Assembly (NCBI GenBank): GCA_024720975.1
Contig: JANJXX010000001.1
Span: forward strand, 144,970 to 208,969
Direction of reading: 5' to 3'
Length of the DNA: 64,000 nt
Source of the DNA: Thermoproteota archaeon
Lineage (GTDB): Archaea > Asgardarchaeota > Njordarchaeia > Njordarchaeales > Panguiarchaeaceae
Within the stretch, counting starts at the first letter, position 1, and each line of letters starts with the position of its first letter. The notes under the pieces are model-generated. The model was not told the DNA's origin, did no database searches, and saw nothing but the letters and a program-made list of their open reading frames with translations. The translations under genes and the position numbers were made by a program. Below, in pieces: positions 9,522-16,776 of this stretch.

Positions 9522-9698
9522 ATTGACACCTAGGCTCCAGTTAGTCGGAGTTAACGTGATAAATATTGACTTGTAGTTTGACACAAAACTAAATCCAAAA
9601 CTCGAGAATTTCAACTTTTTTGAATGCAGTAACTTAACTTAAAAATATAAGCTTTAAAATATTTTAACTTTAAGTCATAAAAAAATGTTTTAAAGTCA

Positions 9699-10076
9699 GT
9701 GAACATTATGAGTTTTGAGGAAATTTTTGAGATCAGGATTCTTTATCTCAGGCCTAAGAAGGGAGAAAATGTGGATTATGAAAAGTTAGCCCTACTTTCG
9801 TTAGGCTTAGATGAGCTGGGTGTTCAAATATATAAGTACTTGACAGAGAGAAAAATCCTAACCGTAGAAGACGTCTTAAAGCAGTTCCCATCGAACGAGC
9901 ATGATATTGTTAGCAGATTAGATTACATGTACAGTCTTGGACTTATTGACCACTTGGGACGTGGCTACATGCTTAGTAAGCCACTTCATGAGGCAATTCG
10001 AACACGCGTAACTGAGAGAGTCTGTGAAATTCTTCGAAAGATAGCTGACTACGCAGAAGGGAAGGTTTATGAGTGA
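9699..10076 (+). CDS. small winged-helix (TrmB/MarR-like) DNA-binding protein
   Basis: 125 aa. LGLDELGVQIYKYLTERKILTVEDVLKQF...RLDYMYSLGLIDHLGRGYML has HTH-plus-wing topology and is paralogous to the N-terminus of the next gene. Confidence 0.6.
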   Translation: MNIMSFEEIFEIRILYLRPKKGENVDYEKLALLSLGLDELGVQIYKYLTERKILTVEDVLKQFPSNEHDIVSRLDYMYSLGLIDHLGRGYMLSKPLHEAIRTRVTERVCEILRKIADYAEGKVYE

Positions 10077-11046
10077 CGAATTCGAGGTTATTGCTGAGTG
10101 GACAATACGCAAACTAAAGGATTTGGATGCATCCATCAAGGATGATACGGAAGTGATCAAGTGGTTATTGTACTCTTTGGGAGTTAAGGATTTAGGCGTT
10201 GATATATACCTTTATCTCAGATCTGCTGGAAGAACAACTTCGACAGAGATAGCTGAAAGGTTTAAAATTAGTCCTACAACCGCTAGGCGCTACCTTGAAC
10301 AACTACATACCCTGGGTCTAGTAGATTATATCGGCCGTGAGTATCACTTGACTAAGAGGGATATTGCTAGCTGCATACGTGACATCCTTATTCCTAGGAT
10401 AAAATCAGTACTAGAAGATATAGCTAGCGTTGCTGAAAAAGTAGAGGCAGAAAAAGCTAGAGAGACACAACATGAGATTGATCGCTTTGTTCTAACGCCC
10501 GTGGAGGAGGAGATTAAAGAGATTGCAAGGGAAGCCGCAAGAGAGGCGCTAAGAGACGCTAAAAAGGCCTTAGATGATGCTAGGGAAGAAGCACTAAGGA
10601 GAATTAAAGGACTTTTCTCTACGACTGGTCGCATTGATTTTGCTGCTATATCTGAAATCTTATCTAAAGTCTTTGATGCGTTATCTGAGGCCTTCCAGAA
10701 ATTTGGAGATATCTCACCTAGGTACGTCGAAGTCATCAAAACTTATACACAACACCCCCACGTTAGGGGATTAAGCATTGTTGAGACTGAATCTAAGATT
10801 GTATATACGGTATACTCCGATTATCGCCTGGAGGCGAAGCATCTAAATCGCGCTAAGGAGGAGGGAAGGAGAGTTGTAATTCGTGTCCTTGGTAAGTTGT
10901 ACCTAAGCGAGGACATAACACCAGATCAACTGGACACTATTGAGGAGATATACGTACATGAAGGCGGAGAACTTATTGGACCAGAGAGAATTATAAAACT
11001 CATAGAGAACCGCATAAGGGGGCCAGGAACGATTAGATATTACTAG
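10069..11046 (+). CDS. winged-helix protein with central coiled coil and an uncharacterised C-terminal domain
   Basis: 325 aa. LGVKDLGVDIYLYLRSAGRTTSTEIAERFKISPTTARRYLEQLHTLGLVDYIGREYHL is wHTH. It is followed by a charged Ala/Glu/Arg-rich helix (EIAREAAREALRDAKKALDDAREEALRR). Its start overlaps the upstream stop (ATGAGTGA). Confidence 0.6.
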   Translation: MSDEFEVIAEWTIRKLKDLDASIKDDTEVIKWLLYSLGVKDLGVDIYLYLRSAGRTTSTEIAERFKISPTTARRYLEQLHTLGLVDYIGREYHLTKRDIASCIRDILIPRIKSVLEDIASVAEKVEAEKARETQHEIDRFVLTPVEEEIKEIAREAAREALRDAKKALDDAREEALRRIKGLFSTTGRIDFAAISEILSKVFDALSEAFQKFGDISPRYVEVIKTYTQHPHVRGLSIVETESKIVYTVYSDYRLEAKHLNRAKEEGRRVVIRVLGKLYLSEDITPDQLDTIEEIYVHEGGELIGPERIIKLIENRIRGPGTIRYY

Positions 11047-11073
11047 TGACTCGGATATATACCAAATTTTTTA

Positions 11074-11103
11074 ATTGAAGAAAATATTCATTTTATTGAA
11101 GAA
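11074..11103 (+). promoter_or_regulatory. direct repeat ATTGAAGAA x2 (21-bp spacing) in the spacer upstream of the ABC-2 exporter operon; candidate operator
   Basis: ATTGAAGAA occurs at 11074-11082 and at 11095-11103, each preceded by a T-rich run. It lies 28-57 nt after the wHTH gene stop and about 75-100 nt before the ABC ATPase start. Confidence 0.25.
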
Positions 11104-11175
11104 GATATGCAATCAAGTGATAATAATATATAAAATAGTGTAAATGAAGTTCAAAAATTCATTGGTGATAAATTT

Positions 11176-12207
11176 TTGGGTGGAAGCAATACTACCTCAA
11201 GCGAAAGCTTAGTTGTAGAGGCTCGAGATCTTTGGAAGACTTATGTATCCAAGGAAAGAGTTGGGTTGTTTAAGAGTAAGGTTAGAGAAGTTCAGGCACT
11301 AAAAGGTGTATCGCTGGACGTATACGAAAACGAGATATTTGGGCTTCTGGGACCAAATGGAGCTGGAAAGACGACTTTGATTAAGATTCTAACGACACTG
11401 CTTATTCCCGATAGAGGATATGCTAAAGTTCTAGGTTTTGATATAGTGAAACAATCTAACGATGTAAGAAAGCGCTTAGGAGTTATGTTAATGGGAGAGC
11501 GAGCACTATATTGGAAGCTTACGGGCAGAGAAAATCTTGAATTCTTCGGCGCGCTCTATCATATTCCGAGAGAAATTCTTAGCAAACGAATACAAGAGAT
11601 TATTGACTTTTTGGGTATCCAAGATTTTGTTGATAGGTTAGTTGAGACGTACAGTAGCGGTCAGAGAGTCCTACTGGCTTTTGCTAAAGCTTTGGTCAAT
11701 GATGCTCCTCTACTCTTTCTCGATGAACCTACGGTCGCATTAGATCCTGCCAGATCTATTGAGATCAGGAGAAAAATCAAGCAACTAAAGGGTGAAGGAA
11801 AAACTATATTTCTCACGACACACATAATGACCGAAGCTGAAGAACTTTGTGACAGGGTTGCTATAATTGATTCTGGAAAAATTGTTGCCATTGGAAAGCC
11901 AGAAGAACTCAAGAGAACCCTTCGAGGTTTGAGTGCTTTAGAGGTTGAGATGTCTGGCAATAATTTGGAATACATACTAAGCCAATTGAAAGCACTAGAA
12001 GGCGTTAGTCGCGCAGCTATCACTTATGAAACTACTGAGAGAGGAATCATAGCAAAGTTGAGAGTATTGTGCGACTCACCAAGGGATATTTTGCCAATCG
12101 TTGTCGATGCAGCGCTTCAGAATGATCTCAAAATTTGGTACATAAAGCCGACAGAACCTACATTGGAGGATGTATTTCTATATTACACTGGCAAGCCACT
12201 CGGGTGA
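11176..12207 (+). CDS. ABC transporter ATP-binding protein (ABC-2/DrrA-like exporter type)
   Basis: 343 aa. Walker A GPNGAGKTT, signature YSSGQRV, Walker B LLFLDEPT, H-loop TTHIM. Non-ATG (TTG) start in the track. Confidence 0.9.
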   Translation: MGGSNTTSSESLVVEARDLWKTYVSKERVGLFKSKVREVQALKGVSLDVYENEIFGLLGPNGAGKTTLIKILTTLLIPDRGYAKVLGFDIVKQSNDVRKRLGVMLMGERALYWKLTGRENLEFFGALYHIPREILSKRIQEIIDFLGIQDFVDRLVETYSSGQRVLLAFAKALVNDAPLLFLDEPTVALDPARSIEIRRKIKQLKGEGKTIFLTTHIMTEAEELCDRVAIIDSGKIVAIGKPEELKRTLRGLSALEVEMSGNNLEYILSQLKALEGVSRAAITYETTERGIIAKLRVLCDSPRDILPIVVDAALQNDLKIWYIKPTEPTLEDVFLYYTGKPLG

Positions 12208-13043
12208 TCTACGTGGATTTCAGTGTTGTGAAGGCTATTCTAAAAGCTAGATATAAGATATACATCAGATACCCCGGCTGGATGATTTTGAACTTCACTT
12301 TACCTACTTTTCTGACAGCGATGCCCCTGTTTCTGGCCATTGGAATCACAAGATCTATAGAAGCTGCTAATGTCATATTTAGTAGATACGCTGGAACGAC
12401 TAATTTTACTTTCTATATTCTCCTTGGTTCGGTCATATGGTCAATCTCAAATTCGCTCCTTTGGGACTTTGGTATGTGGCTATATGACGAGATGGAAATG
12501 GGAACTCTTGAGCAGCTATTCCTGACTCCCTCACATTCGCTTGAGCTTCTTTTGGGTTCGATATTATACACGCTTGTGATTTCATTGATAAATTCCATAG
12601 CAGGAATCTTAATAGCTGCTGCGATACTAGGCTGTCTGCATCTGGTCCTTAATCTCAAATTCCTGCTAGCGCTTGGCGTAATTGCATTTGGCTTCATACC
12701 GTTACTGGGAATGTCATTAGTGTTTGGTGCACTAGTGCTAAGAGTGAAAGAACCTTGGGCTTTCTTTAACTTCTTGAGTGCTTTATTACTATATACTTCT
12801 GGCACTTTCTATCCTATAACAGTTTTGCCAATAACTATCCGACTGCTTGCAGCATTATTTCCAGTTACAATTCAAATAGCGGAAACACGCACAATCATGT
12901 TGAATGTCGGATACCTATTTGGTCCTGACATTGATTTTCTCCTGCTTACGACATATGCATTAGTGTGGCCTATATTTGGTTTAGCCATGTTTGAAAGGGT
13001 CAGAAACGAAGCCCAAAGGAGAGGTTCTATAGGTGCTTACTAA
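12204..13043 (+). CDS. ABC-2 type transporter permease
   Basis: Multi-TM hydrophobic protein directly after the ATPase. I prefer the GTG at 12204, which overlaps the ATPase stop (GTGA), over the tracked 12135 start, which overlaps the ATPase by 73 nt. Confidence 0.8.
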   Translation: MIYVDFSVVKAILKARYKIYIRYPGWMILNFTLPTFLTAMPLFLAIGITRSIEAANVIFSRYAGTTNFTFYILLGSVIWSISNSLLWDFGMWLYDEMEMGTLEQLFLTPSHSLELLLGSILYTLVISLINSIAGILIAAAILGCLHLVLNLKFLLALGVIAFGFIPLLGMSLVFGALVLRVKEPWAFFNFLSALLLYTSGTFYPITVLPITIRLLAALFPVTIQIAETRTIMLNVGYLFGPDIDFLLLTTYALVWPIFGLAMFERVRNEAQRRGSIGAY

Positions 13044-13894
13044 TGAGTTTAAAGGAAAGTTTAAGAAGCATATGGATCATCACTAAATATAACCTAAAAG
13101 TAGAGATGAGGTACCCCCTTAGCTACATATCATCCATATTTAACCTATTATTCTGGTTTCTAGCATTTGGAGCAATCGCTATGATTTTCTCCTCTGCACC
13201 ACATGAAGAGTCAACCATAATTAGTAATATTATCATGTGGGGTTTAGCATCAATCATTGTATTTAACATTATGATTTCAGAAGTAGGCTATGGCATAGTC
13301 AGGCTTCAAATGCGAGGGACATTAGAGCAAGTGCTTTTGAGTCCAATCGCTTTCTGGGTATTGCCATTAGGGCTAATGACAGTCCAACTATTAGTCTGCA
13401 TGTTCTTTATCGCGCTCGTCATAGTTTTCATGATTTTGCTATTTGAGGCTCCGATAATTATAGTAAATCCTATTGGGGGAATCATTGGATTCATACTACT
13501 CTTAACGATGAGTTATGGTATTTCGATGTTCCTAGCTGGTATGGTTATCAGAATAAAACGAGCAAGTTGGGTGCTAGTACAGGCCTTGACAACCTTCCAT
13601 TGGATCTTTAGCGGTGCGTTTTATCGATTCTCGACAGTTCCTAGCCAGATTTTAGCTGTTTCGAGGCTTATACCACTATCCTACGCAATTGATGTGTTTA
13701 GGACATCTCTAATGGGCTTGAACCCCGAATTAATCCAGATAAGCGTAAACTTATTGGGCTATACTATTCCTGGGGCTCTCGTCGAGTGGATTCTCACGAC
13801 ATTGCTTTCAGCAGCTTTACTAGTATTTGGATATATTAGCTTGACCTCTGCCATAAAGAGCGGGAAGAGGAAGGGCTATCTAGGACAGTACTAA
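13043..13894 (+). CDS. ABC-2 type transporter permease (second subunit)
   Basis: 283 aa, about 6 predicted TM segments. The start ATG shares one base with the upstream TAA (TAATG), indicating translational coupling. Confidence 0.8.
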   Translation: MSLKESLRSIWIITKYNLKVEMRYPLSYISSIFNLLFWFLAFGAIAMIFSSAPHEESTIISNIIMWGLASIIVFNIMISEVGYGIVRLQMRGTLEQVLLSPIAFWVLPLGLMTVQLLVCMFFIALVIVFMILLFEAPIIIVNPIGGIIGFILLLTMSYGISMFLAGMVIRIKRASWVLVQALTTFHWIFSGAFYRFSTVPSQILAVSRLIPLSYAIDVFRTSLMGLNPELIQISVNLLGYTIPGALVEWILTTLLSAALLVFGYISLTSAIKSGKRKGYLGQY

Positions 13895-13921
13895 TCCTTG
13901 CTTTTCTATATTTTTCCTAGG

Positions 13922-14566
13922 TTATCTTAGTAATAAGTTCAAGGAAAAAGCCAGGTTATCGTACTTTGTTATGCTATAGTTATCCCAGAAAACACAAGTT
14001 CCCCCTAGTATCAGGAATCCCTCTCCAAATTGCAGCCTTGCCATAAGTACTGGCTCTGCTCCGAGGCTGGACTTTGCTGTCTTTTCAGCTTCAACTAACC
14101 TTGTGGCTTTTTCATTTAGGATTTCTACAGATGCTGCACAGGGGAACAATACCTTGTTTACATTTTCATTTAAATGAAAGACTTTACTCGTAACCACGAA
14201 TAGTTCATCTCCATTATGATTATTCACGGGGTCATAGACCGAATCCGCTCGAAGTAATAGACCAAAATGTTTTGTTAATGAATTTATAGTATCCGCTATG
14301 TGATCTTCATTTTTATAGTATCCTAAAACGATAACTTTACCACCACCAGCAAGAAATTTCTGAACTACTTGTAGGTCATTGCTGTCAAACGACTTTTCTG
14401 GGTAATTTAGTACTAACACGTCAACATTCTCTCTAAGAATACTGTTTAGCTCTTCCAGCTCAAAAACTTCGACGTTTCTATTTTTTAGCTCCTTTTTCAG
14501 TATCGAGAAGTAATAGTGATCCTCTATAGTGAACTCCTGATGACTTATATCCCATGCTATCCTCAT
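13922..14566 (-). CDS. uncharacterised cytoplasmic protein, possibly a flavodoxin-/class I amidotransferase-like fold (DUF4350/GldG-like pattern)
   Basis: 214 aa, no signal peptide or TM. The alternating beta-alpha pattern (VDVLVLNYPEKSF...GGGKVIVLGYY) is only a weak family guess. It overlaps the nucS stop by 4 nt. Confidence 0.55.
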   Translation of the reverse strand: MRIAWDISHQEFTIEDHYYFSILKKELKNRNVEVFELEELNSILRENVDVLVLNYPEKSFDSNDLQVVQKFLAGGGKVIVLGYYKNEDHIADTINSLTKHFGLLLRADSVYDPVNNHNGDELFVVTSKVFHLNENVNKVLFPCAASVEILNEKATRLVEAEKTAKSSLGAEPVLMARLQFGEGFLILGGTCVFWDNYSITKYDNLAFSLNLLLR

Positions 14567-15330
14567 TCTTTATTACCACCTAAAATGTCCTTTGGATCGA
14601 GTTTCCTGAACTCTAGACCTTTTTCTTTTAGAGCTAATAAGGCGGTTTCACTGACTCCGGGGGCGACAAGGATTCCACGAACATTCCGGCCTGTAGTTTT
14701 TTGAACTGACTCAACGTATAAGGCAAGCTGACCTACATCTTGAATGTCAGCCACTCTTCTCTTGAACTCACATATTAAAATGTTTCCATCTTTATCATAG
14801 CCATATAAATCTACGACTCCAAATCTTATTCTATATTCTCTGGAAATTGGTGTAAATCCATCTTCAATTATTGAGGGATTTTTCCAAACGTAGTCAACCA
14901 TCTGGGATTCAGACATGAATAGCTCAAATTTACCGCTCTTTGTGCTCATTCCGAGGATTAGATAGACATCATAACAATTTATTACCACTATCTCCTTCGG
15001 GTAGTGCCTCCGGCTTCTAATTACGAGTTTATCTCCCTCAACATAGCTAGTAACAATTGCGCCAGGGGGATTCCAATTTATTGGTTCGCGTTTTTCTGGA
15101 CCGTGTACCATAAGGGTTCCGTCTGGTTTGGTAATTATAAAGTGGTCGCTAGGAGATAGTTGAGAAGCTGCTCTCCCTCTATAGTTCACACTACAAAAAG
15201 CAAAAATAAGAATAACACAATGCCTCCAATTTCTTCTTACAAATTCAGCAGCTTCTTCCAGACTCGGCTTTTCAAGTATAACATACTTTTCTAAGTCTCT
15301 TATGTTTGCAATTTCGTTTAATGCGCCCAA
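14563..15330 (-). CDS. nucS: endonuclease NucS (EndoMS, mismatch-specific)
   Basis: 255 aa. The N-terminal half-barrel region (RGRAASQLSPSDHFIITKPDGTLMVHGP, PINWNPPG) and the C-terminal RecB-like nuclease block (VDLYGYDKDGNILICEFKRR...) are typical of NucS. Confidence 0.85.
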   Translation of the reverse strand: MGALNEIANIRDLEKYVILEKPSLEEAAEFVRRNWRHCVILIFAFCSVNYRGRAASQLSPSDHFIITKPDGTLMVHGPEKREPINWNPPGAIVTSYVEGDKLVIRSRRHYPKEIVVINCYDVYLILGMSTKSGKFELFMSESQMVDYVWKNPSIIEDGFTPISREYRIRFGVVDLYGYDKDGNILICEFKRRVADIQDVGQLALYVESVQKTTGRNVRGILVAPGVSETALLALKEKGLEFRKLDPKDILGGNKE

Positions 15331-15333
15331 AAA

Positions 15334-15885
15334 TCACCCACCAGTCCATTCACTGCCGTACTTTTCAATGTGAACAACTTTCTCAAGCGGCAATCTTGGT
15401 GTTGGTGCTGGTTTTTCCGCAGGTCTGCCTAGGGGAATTATTGCAACAGGTCTTACATGCGAGGGAAATCCTACAATTTTTGCAACTTCTTCATCATAAA
15501 AAGCTCCAACCCAGCACGTACCATAACCTAATGCGTGAGCTGCGAGCATCAAGTTCATTATTGCTGCTGCTGTATCTTGAATGCAGTATAGGGTTGCCCC
15601 TCGTTCTCCATACCTTGAGCTTGATCGTTGAATATTTGCGCCCACGACAACTACTACGGGAGCCTCAACAATGAACATCTGACCTAATGCTGCTCTAGCC
15701 AAAGCCCTCTTTCGCTCGAGATCACGCACTATGACAAATTCCCAGCTTTGTCTGTTGCCTGCACTGGGAGCCCATCTAGCGGCATCGAGTATTTTTCTGA
15801 GATCCTCCTCGCTTACAGGATCTTCTTTGAATCTTCTGATACTTCGACGTGTCTTAATTGCATCAAATACATCCATCATGATCAC
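15334..15885 (-). CDS. nitroreductase family protein
   Basis: 183 aa. The N-terminal AIKTRRSIRRF, APSAGNRQ and a C-terminal GYGTCWVG are typical of the NADH oxidase/FMN nitroreductase fold. Confidence 0.85.
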   Translation of the reverse strand: MIMMDVFDAIKTRRSIRRFKEDPVSEEDLRKILDAARWAPSAGNRQSWEFVIVRDLERKRALARAALGQMFIVEAPVVVVVGANIQRSSSRYGERGATLYCIQDTAAAIMNLMLAAHALGYGTCWVGAFYDEEVAKIVGFPSHVRPVAIIPLGRPAEKPAPTPRLPLEKVVHIEKYGSEWTGG

Positions 15886-15939
15886 CTACTAGTATACCAA
15901 AACCTGAATGTTAATAAGCAATGACCTAGCGAGAAATCA

Positions 15940-16776
15940 TCATAATGCTCTATACCTCACTCCGTTCCTCAGTTTATTCATTCTGCTCTTAATAATGGGT
16001 TCAAGATGTTTAAGCATTCCTCTCACAGATGACAAGCTCCTCGGAATTTTTCCTTCCACGAGTAGAGATGCTAGAGAAGCAGCATATAAACAAGCTTCAA
16101 TCAAATCTTTGTTCCTTAGATATTCAGCAATAAAGGCCACCATGAAAAAATCACCTGCACCCGTTGGGTTTCCATCCACTCTATATGCTGGTATATAATA
16201 TTCTCTCTGTCCAAGCCTAACCTTTGCGCCATTTTCACCAAAGGTTATTACTGTCAGTGGTTTTTGAGGAAGAACATCAAATGCAGGAAGTTCATCTACA
16301 GAAATGTGTATTGCCCAGCAGCTTTCAATAATATTAAACTCCTCTTTACTAATTGTAGTTACTTCTATTCTGTCATCCCTAGCTATCCTCACAAGTCCTT
16401 GAGCGTCTATAACGGCTCGTGCATTGTTCACAACTGATTTCATAAGCTTTGCTTCAAATTCTCTATAGACCGGATTTATAAACACGGCGTCAAAATTCGC
16501 CGGATTAGGTAAAACACTATTATATATTCCTGGCACCCTCAGCAATTTTGATATCCTTGAGTTGCTTTCGTACTTATGTTCAAATACTGGGCCATCTGAT
16601 TGCAAAAAATGACCTCTTGGAACTTCCCAGCGGTATTCCTTAGGTTTTATTCCACAACAAAAATAGTCTAATCCTAGGAGTTCTGCGGCGAGTGAGCAGT
16701 AGAGCGCAGGTCCTCCGCTTGCCAGTCTTCCTTCAATAATGTCGATGGTAAGAGATCCTAGAATCAATATCTTCAT
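15940..16776 (-). CDS. PfkB family carbohydrate/nucleoside kinase
   Basis: 278 aa. Ribokinase-like N-terminus (ILILGSLTIDI) and PfkB signature-2 region NPTGAGDFF. The start overlaps the hypF stop by 4 nt. Confidence 0.85.
   Translation of the reverse strand: MKILILGSLTIDIIEGRLASGGPALYCSLAAELLGLDYFCCGIKPKEYRWEVPRGHFLQSDGPVFEHKYESNSRISKLLRVPGIYNSVLPNPANFDAVFINPVYREFEAKLMKSVVNNARAVIDAQGLVRIARDDRIEVTTISKEEFNIIESCWAIHISVDELPAFDVLPQKPLTVITFGENGAKVRLGQREYYIPAYRVDGNPTGAGDFFMVAFIAEYLRNKDLIEACLYAASLASLLVEGKIPRSLSSVRGMLKHLEPIIKSRMNKLRNGVRYRAL

Noticed and set aside
8370-9614. Tracked 414-aa version of hypD
   Set aside because: The first 31 residues (MKFSSFGFSFVSNYKSIF...) are non-conserved-looking and extend into the AT-rich promoter spacer. 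The ATG at 9521 gives a HypD of typical length.
9615-9698. Inverted repeat ACTTAAA ... TTTAAGT in the hypD/wHTH divergent spacer as an operator
   Set aside because: It is a 7-bp AT-only repeat in an extremely AT-rich promoter spacer, so the chance expectation is too high to report as a feature.
12135-12203. N-terminal 23-codon extension of the first ABC-2 permease overlapping the ATPase gene by 73 nt
   Set aside because: A GTG at 12204 overlapping the ATPase stop (GTGA) gives standard translational coupling. The long overlap is most likely an artefact of taking the longest ORF.
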